Positions 47,885-58,267 of a DNA stretch of 64,000 nucleotides are shown one piece after another; position 1 is the stretch's first letter; each line of letters begins with the position of its first letter. The notes beneath the pieces were generated by a model. It ran no database searches, had not been told where the DNA came from, and saw only the letters and a list, made by a program, of their open reading frames with translations. Made by a program: the position numbers and the translations under genes. Source of the stretch: an uncultured bacterium (lineage in GTDB: Bacteria > Krumholzibacteriota > Krumholzibacteriia > LZORAL124-64-63); NCBI GenBank assembly GCA_963727525.1, contig CAVSGO010000007.1, forward strand, positions 576,001-640,000, read 5' to 3'.

Positions 47885-47900
47885 TGGAATCGACGTTGCA
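47885..47900 (+). promoter_or_regulatory. putative sigma54 promoter of the polysaccharide locus
   Basis: TGGAATCGACGTTGCA (GG-N10-GC with TTGCA), about 65 bp before the start; palindrome TGGCGCCGGCGCCA at 47795-47808 upstream. Confidence 0.55.
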
Positions 47901-47964
47901 AACCCGCCTGGTGCTCTCCATAATGGCCAGGACGGCTCGCCTCGACGATCAGGGAGGACGATAG

Positions 47965-50388
47965 GTGCTGCCTTGCCATAAGCTTACCGCAAGAGCGCGC
48001 ATACTGTTGCTCGTACTCGCGTTCGCAATCGTGGCCACCGTGCAGCCGCCACGTCCGGCGATGGCGCAAGACATCCCGCCAGACGCGCTCCAGGAAGCGG
48101 CTCGACGCACGGGTCTGAGTCCCGAGGAACTCTTGCGTCGGTACCAGGAGCAGGCAGGCCAGCAGGCGACATCCGTGGCCGACACCGCGCAGGCGCCGGG
48201 GCGCACCAGCTTGCAGGGCATCGACGATTCCCAGCCGCCGGCCACCGGCCGCGGTGAGACCAGCTACTGGCCAGAGCGCCCCGCGGTGATCTTGCCGGGC
48301 GCGCCCGTCGAGGGGGAGGAGTTGTCGGTGGCCGCGGCTGAGTCGGCCCTCACCGCGTTCAGCACGGCGCCTGCCAAGCTCACGTTCTTCGGCCGCGATT
48401 TTTTCAATCTCCCGCCCAGCACATTCTCGCCGCCGTCGTTCGGCCCGGTGCCCGCCGATTACCTGGTCGGGGTGGGCGACGAGATCGTGGTCGATGTCTA
48501 CGGTGATGTCGAATTCCGCCTCAGCCGCGTGGTCGATCGCGACGGCACCATCATCCTGCCCAAGGGCGGCAAGGTGGTGTGCCATAACCGCACCCTCGCG
48601 CAGGTCACCAAGGCCGTGCGCGAGACTCTCGCGCGGTCGTACTCGGGCATCAACCAGGGCACCATTAACGTAGACGTCACCCTGGGCGCACTACGCGCCA
48701 TCCGTGTCTTCGTAGTCGGCGACGCATCGCAACCGGGCGCCTACGACCTCAGCTCCCTGGCCACGGTGTTCACGGCCCTGTCGGCCTGCGGCGGCCCGGG
48801 CGAGAACGGGAGCCTGCGCGACGTGCGCCTGATGCGCGGCGGCGAGCAGATCGCCGTGCTCGACGTCTACGACTACCTCATGGGCGGCGTGCGCGAGGGC
48901 GACGCCATCCTGCGCGACGGCGACACGGTGTTCGTCCCCCAGCGCGGCCGCACGGTATTGCTGCAGGGCGCGGTGCACCGGCCCGCGTTCTACGAGCTGC
49001 GCCCGGGCGAGGACCTGGGCGACCTGCTGCGCTTCGGCGGCGGTTTCACCCCGCAGGCCGCCACCGAGGTGGTGCACATCGAGCGCATCCTGCCGCCCGC
49101 CCAGCGCCGCCCCGACCTGCCCGACCGCACCTACCGCGACGTGGCCCTCGACCCGGCCACGGGCACCGTGGCCACCCCGGCCGACGGCGCGCTCCTCGAC
49201 GGAGACGTGGTCACGGTGGATGCCATCGAGGATCGCCTCTGGGGCTGGGTCCGGGTGGTGGGTCACGTGAAGCGCCCCGGCCGCTACGAATACCATGACG
49301 GCATGACTGCGTCACAGCTCGTCCAGACCGCCGGCGGCGCCTGGCCCGACGTATTGCGCGACCTCGCCGTGATCGACCGCACCGACACCCAGGAGCACTA
49401 CACGGCCGTCCAGGTGCCCCTGGGCGCCATCCTCCGCGGTGACGCCCCCGACGTACCCCTGCAGGAACGCGACCTGTTGCGCGTCTTCTCGGCCGGCGAC
49501 ATGCTCAACCGCTCGGAAGTGAATGTGAGCGGCGAGGTGAAGAATCCCCAGTCCTTCGCCTACCGCACCGGCATGACCCTGGCCGACGCCCTCGTACGCG
49601 CCGGCGGCCTCCTCGCCGCGGCCGACCCCTCCCGCGTGGAGATCCAGCGCCTACGCGCCGACAAGGTGTTCAGCGACGCCGCTACCCTTCCCGAGGGCAC
49701 CTCGGTGGACGTCATCTTCGTGGCCCTCGACGGCAACTGGATGCAAGGCGAAGCGAGCACGCCGCTGAAGCCATTCGACCGCATTGTCGTGCGCAAGCTT
49801 CCCTGGTACGAATTCCAGCGCGTGGTGACGGTGAAAGGCGAGGTGCTTTACGGCGGCCAGTTCAGCCTGGAGGAAAAGGACGAGACCCTCAGCTCGGTGA
49901 TCACCCGCGCCGGCGGCCTGAAGGCTACCGCCTACGCGCCCGCCGCCCGCGTGGTGCGCAAGAACCTCGGCAACATCGCCGTCGAACTCGTCGCTGCCCT
50001 CGCCCACCCCGGCGGCCCCCAGGACATCATCCTGCAAGACGGCGACCAGATCATCGTCCCCGAACAGCAGTACACGGTGAAAGTTGTCGGCGAAGTCGGC
50101 TTCCCCACTAGCCTGGTCTACGAAAACGGCAAACACATCAACTGGTACGTCAACCGCGCCGGCGGCTTCCTGGAAAAAGCGGACAAGAAGCGCACCAGAG
50201 TCGTCCACCCTAACGGCATGAGCTTGCCAAACAAGGGCAACTCGGAAGTCCTGCCAGGTTCCACGATCGTGGTCCCTGTGCAGCCACCCCCGGAAGGTGC
50301 GAGCACTCTGGAGAAACTGAAGGAGATCGCGGCGATCATGGCGTCGGCGGCGACGATATATCTAGTCATCGATCGGACGACCAACTAA
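47965..50388 (+). CDS. polysaccharide export protein with multiple SLBB domains (Wza/KpsD-like)
   Basis: FFG.DFF, Y.VG.GDEI, V.RDGTI.LP and repeated V.G.V..PG / AGG SLBB units; C-terminal helix. Confidence 0.88.
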   Translation: MLPCHKLTARARILLLVLAFAIVATVQPPRPAMAQDIPPDALQEAARRTGLSPEELLRRYQEQAGQQATSVADTAQAPGRTSLQGIDDSQPPATGRGETSYWPERPAVILPGAPVEGEELSVAAAESALTAFSTAPAKLTFFGRDFFNLPPSTFSPPSFGPVPADYLVGVGDEIVVDVYGDVEFRLSRVVDRDGTIILPKGGKVVCHNRTLAQVTKAVRETLARSYSGINQGTINVDVTLGALRAIRVFVVGDASQPGAYDLSSLATVFTALSACGGPGENGSLRDVRLMRGGEQIAVLDVYDYLMGGVREGDAILRDGDTVFVPQRGRTVLLQGAVHRPAFYELRPGEDLGDLLRFGGGFTPQAATEVVHIERILPPAQRRPDLPDRTYRDVALDPATGTVATPADGALLDGDVVTVDAIEDRLWGWVRVVGHVKRPGRYEYHDGMTASQLVQTAGGAWPDVLRDLAVIDRTDTQEHYTAVQVPLGAILRGDAPDVPLQERDLLRVFSAGDMLNRSEVNVSGEVKNPQSFAYRTGMTLADALVRAGGLLAAADPSRVEIQRLRADKVFSDAATLPEGTSVDVIFVALDGNWMQGEASTPLKPFDRIVVRKLPWYEFQRVVTVKGEVLYGGQFSLEEKDETLSSVITRAGGLKATAYAPAARVVRKNLGNIAVELVAALAHPGGPQDIILQDGDQIIVPEQQYTVKVVGEVGFPTSLVYENGKHINWYVNRAGGFLEKADKKRTRVVHPNGMSLPNKGNSEVLPGSTIVVPVQPPPEGASTLEKLKEIAAIMASAATIYLVIDRTTN

Positions 50389-50480
50389 AGCCGTACGTCG
50401 TTCAATGTGCGGGCCGTTCCGGGACTGATAGCTTTTCAAAAGTAGCGATCGACCGGTATCGCGGCCAAGGGATAGGTGCA

Positions 50481-51446
50481 ATGTCGCGTGATCTCGAGAT
50501 GGCAGATGTCTTGGTCGCACTCTGGCGCGGACGTAAGCTGATCCTGTCGATCACAATCAGCTTCCTGATTGTCGGCATCTTGTATTCACTGTTGGCGGTG
50601 CCGTACTATACCGCAACCGCCACAATTCTACCTCGTTCGGATGAGGCGCCAACGGCTCTGCTCTCCCAGATAGCGCAGTTTACCGGCAATCCGACAATAG
50701 CATCTACGAATTACGAGCAACTCTACAACGAGATCGTCAAGTCCGATCAAATCGTGGATCGTGTCCTCTCTCAAAAGTGGAAGTATCTGGCGCGTCAGGA
50801 TTCTGTGTATGCCTTCCAGATCTTCGGGACTGGCGATAAGGATGCATCGATCAACGACGCGACCGTTCGGGCCCGCAGTCGGCGGTTCTTGCGAGAGAAT
50901 GTCATCATATTTGACCGGGATGTCTTCACAGGATTCATGAAGCTCGAAGTAACTGTCCCGCGAGATCCCCAACTCGCTGCGGACATGGCAAACTTCATCA
51001 TACATGACTTAGAGATCTTTATTGCTGACTGGCGAAACCGAAAGGCTCGCGAGCAGCGGACTTTTGTCGGCGAACGCCTTGAAAAGGTATCGGAAGACCT
51101 CGACAGTGCCCAGGCCCGGCTTACAGAATTTTTAGAAAACAATCGTTCCTATGCTGATTCTCCAGTGTTGCGAGAGCAGTACAATCGTCTGGATCGAGAG
51201 GTGCAGGCGCAGGAGTCGATCTGGGTAGAGTTACGGCGTCAACTCGAACTCGCGAAGATCGAAGAGAACCGAGATCAAGCGACGATTGATATCCTAGATC
51301 GTGCAATCCCGCCAGTTCGAGCGTCTCGACCCAAACGTGGTGTCATAATCGTCTTGCTGACCATCGCAGGCATGCTGATCGCACTTGTGGCGATGGCAAT
51401 CAGACATGAATTCAGGGTGTTGAGAGCCCGAAGGTTGGCAACGTAG
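50481..51446 (+). CDS. polysaccharide chain-length determinant (Wzz/GNVR)
   Basis: N-terminal TM, Y.ATATILP, coiled coil, ILDRAIPP..ASRPKR and C-terminal TM. Confidence 0.85.
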   Translation: MSRDLEMADVLVALWRGRKLILSITISFLIVGILYSLLAVPYYTATATILPRSDEAPTALLSQIAQFTGNPTIASTNYEQLYNEIVKSDQIVDRVLSQKWKYLARQDSVYAFQIFGTGDKDASINDATVRARSRRFLRENVIIFDRDVFTGFMKLEVTVPRDPQLAADMANFIIHDLEIFIADWRNRKAREQRTFVGERLEKVSEDLDSAQARLTEFLENNRSYADSPVLREQYNRLDREVQAQESIWVELRRQLELAKIEENRDQATIDILDRAIPPVRASRPKRGVIIVLLTIAGMLIALVAMAIRHEFRVLRARRLAT

Positions 51447-51481
51447 ATGAAGTCGAACGCCCATCCGACCTACGTTCGATC

Positions 51482-52807
51482 GTGGCGAATACGTTGCTGT
51501 CACGGGTACGGTTGGGGCTAGCGATGCGGCGGATCGGATCAATCGTTCTTACAGTCTACGTATGTCTATATTTTGCGATCTTTCTCACCCGAGCTGATGG
51601 CTACCTAAACTTGAAGGGCTACCTCCCTGTTCCCCGTTCAGTCCTAGTCGCTGTCTTGTCGATGCCACTCGTATTTTACTCTTGGGCATTTCATCACTCC
51701 AAGCGGGATGGCGAACCTGGGATTATTCAGGTCCTTTACGCAGCGCGCAGTATTTTCGTCCCATTCCTTTTACTTATAGCCTGGGTGCTGATCTCGACGT
51801 TAATGTTTCACGCCAATTGGGATCAGCACGGCTACTTCATAACATTGTTCGTGAACGATTTATTCGTCTTTGTCTTGTCGTTGATTATCGCGACGCCAGT
51901 TGCAATTTCTCGCCACTGGCGTTTGATCGTACGTTTTGCGTTGTTTTGTATGGTGGCTTCGATCCTAATTGATCTTGTCAGGCCGGGTACGTTTTCACCG
52001 CTAACGAGCAGAGGCGCCGGGTTCGCTGTCAACGCCAATATGGGTGCGTTTTTTACCGCGATATTGCTCGCCGGTTCTCTCGAATACGGCAAGTTCCAGC
52101 GGAATCTACTATATCTAATCCCGGGAGGGCTGGCAATACTGGCAACACTTTCGCGTGGTGGCGCAGTACTTTTCGCGCTCATTCTCGTGGTCTTGACTAT
52201 CTGTATCGGCCGTAAGAATAATTTCATGGATCTAAAGATGAAAGCCGTTTGGAAAAGTGTTGCAGTCGCCGTTTGCCTTATAGTGGCTATTTACGTGGCG
52301 TTCCAGTACGGCAAAGATCGATCGGATTTTGTGGGATCTCTTCTTAGCAATAATCGTGTCTTCCAGTTCGCGGCCGGAACACTTTCAGGGTCACGCGGCG
52401 AACCTCGCCTAAAATTGCTGCATGAATATTTCTATCTGATCGGCGAGAAACCCCTAACGGGTTGGGGGGCGGGATTCAGCGGGACACGTGCGCTCGGACC
52501 GCATAATGAATATCTGCTGATGTGGGTGAACCATGGACTCGTTGGCCTAGTGGTCTATCTCTGGTTTGTGGCAGGGACTCTTCTCTATTTTTTGTCGAGG
52601 CGTCTGTTAGAGGGATTCGTTGTTGCGATCGCCTTTGCGGTCGAAGGATTGTTCAGTCACACACTTTTCGAGCAGCAACCGCTAATTGTTCTGCTCGCCC
52701 TTCTCGTCGCTGCAACATGTAGCGGTGGGAGCCGGTATCGCCAACCTGGCATTGACGCGGGCGGACCTCCGGGTAGCGAGCAGGCTCACGGCGGAAAGGT
52801 GTGTTGA
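51482..52807 (+). CDS. O-antigen polymerase/ligase family (Wzy_C) membrane protein
   Basis: About 10 TM; R..GF..NAN, TLSRGG, P.TGWG and PHNEYL motifs. Confidence 0.8.
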   Translation: MANTLLSRVRLGLAMRRIGSIVLTVYVCLYFAIFLTRADGYLNLKGYLPVPRSVLVAVLSMPLVFYSWAFHHSKRDGEPGIIQVLYAARSIFVPFLLLIAWVLISTLMFHANWDQHGYFITLFVNDLFVFVLSLIIATPVAISRHWRLIVRFALFCMVASILIDLVRPGTFSPLTSRGAGFAVNANMGAFFTAILLAGSLEYGKFQRNLLYLIPGGLAILATLSRGGAVLFALILVVLTICIGRKNNFMDLKMKAVWKSVAVAVCLIVAIYVAFQYGKDRSDFVGSLLSNNRVFQFAAGTLSGSRGEPRLKLLHEYFYLIGEKPLTGWGAGFSGTRALGPHNEYLLMWVNHGLVGLVVYLWFVAGTLLYFLSRRLLEGFVVAIAFAVEGLFSHTLFEQQPLIVLLALLVAATCSGGSRYRQPGIDAGGPPGSEQAHGGKVC

Positions 52808-52808
52808 C

Positions 52809-54131
52809 GTGAATCGCGAGGGGGTGACGGCCGCACAGGGAATCCTTGCTAGATTCGGATTGTCTCGAACGGGCGCCGTCGGTCAAGCCGTGACACTCAT
52901 GACAGGCGTAGGTGTATCCCAGATTATTGCATTTGTCGCTACCCCAATTCTCACGCGCATCTATCAGCCGGCCGATTTCGGGCAACTCGCAGTCTTCATA
53001 TCAGTGGTGAGCGTTGTGACGGTGGCTGCCTCGGGGCGGTACGAGCTCGCAATACCCGTAGCGGAGTCGCCTGACGACGCATCTGCGCTCGCAATCTGGA
53101 GTGGAGTGTTGGCCTTCGGAGTAACCACGGTGCTGGCTGCGTTGTTATGGCTATGGTTGACATTGACGCCTACTGCACGATTCGCGGATGTGATTCAGCA
53201 GACATGGTGGACCATTCCACTTGCGGTCTGGTTTTTTGGGACTTGGAAGGTGCTCAATTTCTGGTACACCAGACAAGAGCAGTTTCGACGGATTTCCGTG
53301 TCCCATATCCTGCGTGGATTAGTGACGGTGGGGGTACAAGGGGCTCTCGGTTTCATGGGCTCGCTCGGCGCATTGGGACTCACATTGGGTTATGTCGCGG
53401 GACAGTTCTCGGCCACCGCAATCATGCTGCAAGGATGTGCGCCGAGTTGGTCACTCGAGCGTTTGAGAGGTGTCGAATGGCGTGAACTCCGTCGGGTGGC
53501 GGTCAAGTATAGCGATTTCTTGCGATTCGGGACGGGGCAGGCCCTGGTGAATTCGCTGTCGCAAAATGTCGCGGTCCTGGTTGTGGCTCAGTTCTTCACA
53601 AACGGCGTAGTAGGCCTCTATGCACTCGCGTATCGCATCGTCATGGTACCAATCAACTTGGTAGGGAATTCGGTTCGGCAGATCGTCTACCAACGGCTCG
53701 CCGTGGCGGATCCGGGGGTGCGACGGTATCAAACCTGGCGGCGTTCAACCATGCTGCTAGCAACGATTGCGCTCGGCCCGGTGGTGGTTCTGGCGATATT
53801 CGGCCCGGCGCTTTTTGCTTGGTTGATGGGCGCAGAATGGCGGACGAGTGGTGTCATTGCGCGCGTACTCGCTATCCCACTTGCTATGTCACTCGTCAAT
53901 CCACCTACGACAAGCGTAATGCCGATCCTGCAAAAACAACGCGTCCATATGATTTATGAAATCGTTAGCGTGGTGCTAAGGGTCAGTTGCCTCGTGCTCG
54001 GCGGGTTGGCGGGAAATGTTTTGCTCGCCGTCGGAGCGGCGGGCGGCGTGAATGTCGTCATGAACCTATGGCTGATGGGCTACGTGGCAAGGCTCTTACG
54101 CCGTGAGGTGCAACGTGTGGCCTCGACGTGA
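52809..54131 (+). CDS. oligosaccharide flippase (Wzx)
   Basis: PILTRIY.P.DFG, GRYELAI, VGLYALAYR and G.EW..SG; about 12 TM. Start is approximate. Confidence 0.87.
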   Translation: MNREGVTAAQGILARFGLSRTGAVGQAVTLMTGVGVSQIIAFVATPILTRIYQPADFGQLAVFISVVSVVTVAASGRYELAIPVAESPDDASALAIWSGVLAFGVTTVLAALLWLWLTLTPTARFADVIQQTWWTIPLAVWFFGTWKVLNFWYTRQEQFRRISVSHILRGLVTVGVQGALGFMGSLGALGLTLGYVAGQFSATAIMLQGCAPSWSLERLRGVEWRELRRVAVKYSDFLRFGTGQALVNSLSQNVAVLVVAQFFTNGVVGLYALAYRIVMVPINLVGNSVRQIVYQRLAVADPGVRRYQTWRRSTMLLATIALGPVVVLAIFGPALFAWLMGAEWRTSGVIARVLAIPLAMSLVNPPTTSVMPILQKQRVHMIYEIVSVVLRVSCLVLGGLAGNVLLAVGAAGGVNVVMNLWLMGYVARLLRREVQRVAST

Positions 54132-55281
54132 CGACGAACGCGGTGTGGAAGAACCGCGTTCCGGTATAGCAAGCTTTGCTCGCCGCGATATCGCGGTCTT
54201 TCTTCCCTCCCTAGGCGGAGGCGGGGCGGAGAGGGTCGTGGTTCATCTCGTCAAGGAATTCAGACGTCGAGGTATCGATGCCGAAATCGTAGTTGCGGGT
54301 AAGGTTCAAGGGGGAGCCTACATCGATCCCGAATTCCCGGTACGAGAACTAGGCGCCGGAAGGGTCGCTAGTTCTTTAGTGCGCCTCATTGCATATCTGC
54401 GGGAGACACGACCGCACTGTCTCATGACAACACTCGCACATGCGAATGTAGTTGCAATCGTCGCGAATTGGCTCGCTGGGGGAGAATCGCGACTGGTGGC
54501 GCGAGAGGCGAACATGGTCAGCGCTGGACGATCGACTGGATGGCGGGGGCGTATCGTGGCGTCGTTGCAGCGAATTCTCTATAGGCATCTCAATGCCGTG
54601 ATAGCTGTGTCCAACGGTGTTGCCGACGACCTGACCCGGGAGACTGGTGTTCCTAGTACCAGAGTCAAAGTGGTCAGAAACCCGATTGATACTGCGATGA
54701 TCACAGAGAAGGCGGCGAGAAATGAAGAACACGATTGTCAATCGGCACATCGTCGGCCGTTCGTCTTGGCAGTTGGGCGGCTCAGCGTCCAGAAGGACTA
54801 TCCCACCCTCATTAATGCGTTCGCGGCCGTTCGTACTCGGCGCGATGCTCGCCTTGTGATATTGGGGGAAGGGCCGCTGCGCCCGGAGTTGGAACAACTC
54901 ATTGGTAAGTTGGGACTAGCGGAATTTGTCGATTTGCCCGGCTTTATCTCGAATCCCTATGCCCTCATGGCACAAGCGAGCGTGTTCGTACTGTCAAGCC
55001 GTTGGGAAGGCCTGCCTAACGCGCTCATCGAGGCGATGGCGTGCGGAGCAAGGGTAGTCGCGACGGACTGCCCCAGCGGACCGCGGGAACTCCTAGAGGA
55101 TGGTAGACTTGGAAGACTCGTATCTGTCGGGGATGTTCAGGAACTTGCGGATACGATAGTAGATGAGTTGGGGCGGCCGAAACGGCCGGATGTCGCTTCC
55201 TATGTCTTGGAACGCTATCGCGTAGGCTCCGTGGCGACAGAGTATCTGGAAGTCCTTTTGCCGGGCCGCCAAGCGAGGTGA
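54103..55281 (+). CDS. glycosyltransferase family 4
   Basis: GGGGAERV, VGRLSVQKD, NPY, SRWEGLPNALIEAMACG and CPSGPRE. Start may be GTG 54145. Confidence 0.9.
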   Translation: MRCNVWPRRDDERGVEEPRSGIASFARRDIAVFLPSLGGGGAERVVVHLVKEFRRRGIDAEIVVAGKVQGGAYIDPEFPVRELGAGRVASSLVRLIAYLRETRPHCLMTTLAHANVVAIVANWLAGGESRLVAREANMVSAGRSTGWRGRIVASLQRILYRHLNAVIAVSNGVADDLTRETGVPSTRVKVVRNPIDTAMITEKAARNEEHDCQSAHRRPFVLAVGRLSVQKDYPTLINAFAAVRTRRDARLVILGEGPLRPELEQLIGKLGLAEFVDLPGFISNPYALMAQASVFVLSSRWEGLPNALIEAMACGARVVATDCPSGPRELLEDGRLGRLVSVGDVQELADTIVDELGRPKRPDVASYVLERYRVGSVATEYLEVLLPGRQAR

Positions 55282-55285
55282 TCAA

Positions 55286-56455
55286 GTGCGTATAGTCCAT
55301 GTAGTCGCCGGCCTGGGTGGCGGTGGAGCCGAGACGATGCTCTACCGACTGCTTAGCCACGACAAGGAGACGCATTTCGACCACGCCGTGGTGTCGCTCA
55401 TGGGACCCGGCCGACTGAGCGATGGTTTTCGCGCCCGAGGCGTCCCCGTGACCTATCTCGGGTTGAAAAGGGGACAGGTGTCGCTCGACTGTGCTCAACG
55501 TTTGCGCCGTCTCGGGCGCACGCTGACGCCGGACCTGGTCGTAGGGTGGATGTACCATGGAAACTTGGCCGCAAGCTGGTTGCGGCGGTGGGCGCCGCAG
55601 CGGCCACCCCTGGTTTGGAACATTCATCACACGCTGCATCGGCTTGGTGATGAACGTCGCCTGACTCAGTTCGTGATAAAAGCCGGCGCTCTCCTGTCGA
55701 GATCACCTGCCGCGATTGTTTATGTCGCCGAAGTCTCCGCGCGCAGCCACGAAGACCACGGCTACTCGAACATTCACCGCGTTGTTATTCCCAATGGATT
55801 CGATTGTGATACATTTAGATCGGACGACGAGGCGCGGCGAAGAATTCGTGCCCAACTCGGAATAGCAAATGATACGCCGACAATCGGGATCTTCGGGCGC
55901 GCACATGCAGACAAGGACTATGGAAGTTTTTTTGCGGCTCTCGCAAGAGCGCAGGCACGAATGCCGAGACTGGTCGCACTGGCGGCAGGAGCCGGCGTCA
56001 CGGCAGCGAATCAGGACTTGCAGGCGGGCATTCCTGATTGCGCGTCTGCGGGGCAGCTCTGCCTTCTTGGCGAGCGAGAAGATGTCGCGGATTTGATGAA
56101 CGCCGTCGATGTCGTGGTCCTTTCCTCGAGGACCGAGGCGTTTCCGCTCGTAATTGGTGAAGCCATGGCGTGTGGCGTACCATGCGTGACAACGGATGTC
56201 GGTGCGGCGGCGGAACTAGTAGGCGACACGGGCAAAGTCGTGCCGAGTCGTGATCCCCAAGCTTTGGCCGAGGCCATCGTGGCTTTGCTCGCCATGCCCT
56301 ACGAAGAACGCCGGGAATTGGGGCGGCAAGGGCGCCGGCGGATCATCGAACGCTACGGACTGCCGGATGTCGTCGACAAGTATCATCGCCTGTGGGCGAG
56401 TCTCGTCGGTCGTCGCACGAACGTCACACGGGATGAGGGTGGACGTGATGGCTAG
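55286..56455 (+). CDS. glycosyltransferase family 4
   Basis: GLGGGGAETML, WMYH, IPNGFD and SRTEAFPLVIGEAMACGVP. Confidence 0.9.
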   Translation: MRIVHVVAGLGGGGAETMLYRLLSHDKETHFDHAVVSLMGPGRLSDGFRARGVPVTYLGLKRGQVSLDCAQRLRRLGRTLTPDLVVGWMYHGNLAASWLRRWAPQRPPLVWNIHHTLHRLGDERRLTQFVIKAGALLSRSPAAIVYVAEVSARSHEDHGYSNIHRVVIPNGFDCDTFRSDDEARRRIRAQLGIANDTPTIGIFGRAHADKDYGSFFAALARAQARMPRLVALAAGAGVTAANQDLQAGIPDCASAGQLCLLGEREDVADLMNAVDVVVLSSRTEAFPLVIGEAMACGVPCVTTDVGAAAELVGDTGKVVPSRDPQALAEAIVALLAMPYEERRELGRQGRRRIIERYGLPDVVDKYHRLWASLVGRRTNVTRDEGGRDG

Positions 56456-57656
56456 GCGGACTTGTCTTCTCGTAGGCAACTACACGTTTTCGCTGGTGAA
56501 TTTCCGGGGCGATCTGATCCGGGAATTGCAAGGGCTCGGGTTTGATGTCATCGGCTGCGGGCCGCAGCGCGACGTGAACACCGAGCGTGTGCTGGCACAG
56601 CGCGAGGTCCGATTCGTGCAGATCCCCATGGAACGTGTTGGTGCTAATCCGCTTGCCGATCTACGGTCCTTGCTCTTTCTCTATCGTCTATGCCGGCGCG
56701 AGAAGCCCGATCTGGTCTTGAGCTATACCATCAAGCCCGTCATCTACGCTAGTCTGGCAGCTCGAACTGCCGGCTGTCCTCGCATTTTCAGCATGCTCAC
56801 CGGCCTTGGCACGCCCTTCCTGTCGAATGCGATGTCGGTGCGCATCATGCGCGGTCTCATCCGCAACCTCTACCGTCTGGCGCTACGCTACAACGAGAAG
56901 GTGTTCTTCCAGAATGGCGATGATGAGAAGTATTTCCTCGATGCGCGACTCGTGACAAAGCGGCAAGTCGAGCGGACGAACGGGTCCGGGGTGAATGTCG
57001 AGTATTTTGCGGCGCGGCCGGTTCCCGACGGTGCAGCACGATTCCTCATGATGGCGCGGTTACTATCGGACAAGGGCGTGCGGGAGTTCGCGGAGGCGGC
57101 TCGACGGGTCAAGAAAGATCAACCCTCAGCCGAATTCCACCTGGCTGGCATGGTCGAGGACCATCCGAAGGGCATCGCACCCGAGGAGGTTGCCGGCTGG
57201 GAGCGGGCGGGCGTCCTCAAGTACTGGGGCCGTGTCGATGACGTGCGGCCGCTTCTCGAAGCCTGTTCCGTCTACGTGCTTCCGTCGTATCGGGAGGGGA
57301 CGCCGCGTTCCGTGCTGGAGGCAATGGCGACAGGCCGCGCTATCATCACGACAGACGCGCCTGGTTGCCGCGAAACAGTGCAACCGGGCAGGAACGGCCT
57401 CCTCGTACCGATCAAGGACGCGCCGGCCCTCGCCGAAGCCATGGCGCACATGATTGGTGACCCGGCTGGCGTCCGCCGTATGGGGCGCGAATCGCGCGCC
57501 ATCGCGGTCGAGCTTTACGATGTGCGTAAGGTCAACGCGCGGCTCTTGCGCAGCATGGGTCTCGTGTCCGACGCGAAGGGCGACGTGGCAGCCGGTTCGG
57601 CGCGACCTGCCGAGCGTGCCGACAATGCGGCTGTGAGCGAGGAGACGACGCCATGA
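56448..57656 (+). CDS. glycosyltransferase family 4 (PglA/WbpZ-like)
   Basis: NFRGDLI, YTIKPVIY, TGLG, FQN.DD, GSGV, ARLL.DKGVRE and PSYREGTPRSVLEAMA. Confidence 0.9.
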   Translation: MARRTCLLVGNYTFSLVNFRGDLIRELQGLGFDVIGCGPQRDVNTERVLAQREVRFVQIPMERVGANPLADLRSLLFLYRLCRREKPDLVLSYTIKPVIYASLAARTAGCPRIFSMLTGLGTPFLSNAMSVRIMRGLIRNLYRLALRYNEKVFFQNGDDEKYFLDARLVTKRQVERTNGSGVNVEYFAARPVPDGAARFLMMARLLSDKGVREFAEAARRVKKDQPSAEFHLAGMVEDHPKGIAPEEVAGWERAGVLKYWGRVDDVRPLLEACSVYVLPSYREGTPRSVLEAMATGRAIITTDAPGCRETVQPGRNGLLVPIKDAPALAEAMAHMIGDPAGVRRMGRESRAIAVELYDVRKVNARLLRSMGLVSDAKGDVAAGSARPAERADNAAVSEETTP

Positions 57657-58264
57657 CGACCATCTCCCGCTATGGCGGTGACCTGGGTCGGATCGCGGAG
57701 ATCCATCGCGAGGCTTTTCCCGGGTTTTTCCTCGCGCGTCTCGGAATACCGTTCCTGAAGGTCTACTACAACTGGGTCCGCGAATTTCCGCAGGGCATCC
57801 TGATCACGGCCGGCGAGGGCGAGGGCCTCCACGGTTTCGTGGCCGGATTCATCGACTCCCCGGAATTCTATCGCTACTGCCGCAGTCGGCGGCACGAGGC
57901 GATCCTGCCGGTGGCGCAGGGGGTCGTGCGGTCGCCCGGTCTCATCGGCAGGGCGCTCTACAACGTTGCGCGTGTCAAACGCAATGCGAGCGTGACGAGC
58001 GTTTCTGCTGCGGACGAGAGCGAACTCGCCTCGATAGCCGTGCGGCCCGGTGCGGCGAGTCGCGGCCTCGGCGCCAGCCTTGTCACCGCATTCTGCGAAG
58101 CTTCGCGCCAGGCCGGGGCGACAGGTGTCGTACTCACCACCGATCGCGACGACAACGAGGCGGTCAACCGGTTCTATCTCAAGAATGGGTTCGTGGTGCG
58201 GCGCGAGTTCATGAGCGGCAGCAGGCGGGCGATGTTCGAGTACTGGAGGCCACTCGTTCCGTAA
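57653..58264 (+). CDS. GNAT family N-acetyltransferase
   Basis: ELASIAV.P....GLG..L, L.T...N.AVN.FY.K.GF; ATGA overlap with the upstream glycosyltransferase. Confidence 0.8.
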   Translation: MTTISRYGGDLGRIAEIHREAFPGFFLARLGIPFLKVYYNWVREFPQGILITAGEGEGLHGFVAGFIDSPEFYRYCRSRRHEAILPVAQGVVRSPGLIGRALYNVARVKRNASVTSVSAADESELASIAVRPGAASRGLGASLVTAFCEASRQAGATGVVLTTDRDDNEAVNRFYLKNGFVVRREFMSGSRRAMFEYWRPLVP

Positions 58265-58267
58265 GGG

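Noticed and set aside
47776-47964. ops/JUMPstart element upstream of the polysaccharide operon
   Set aside because: No GGCGGTAG-type sequence was found in this interval.
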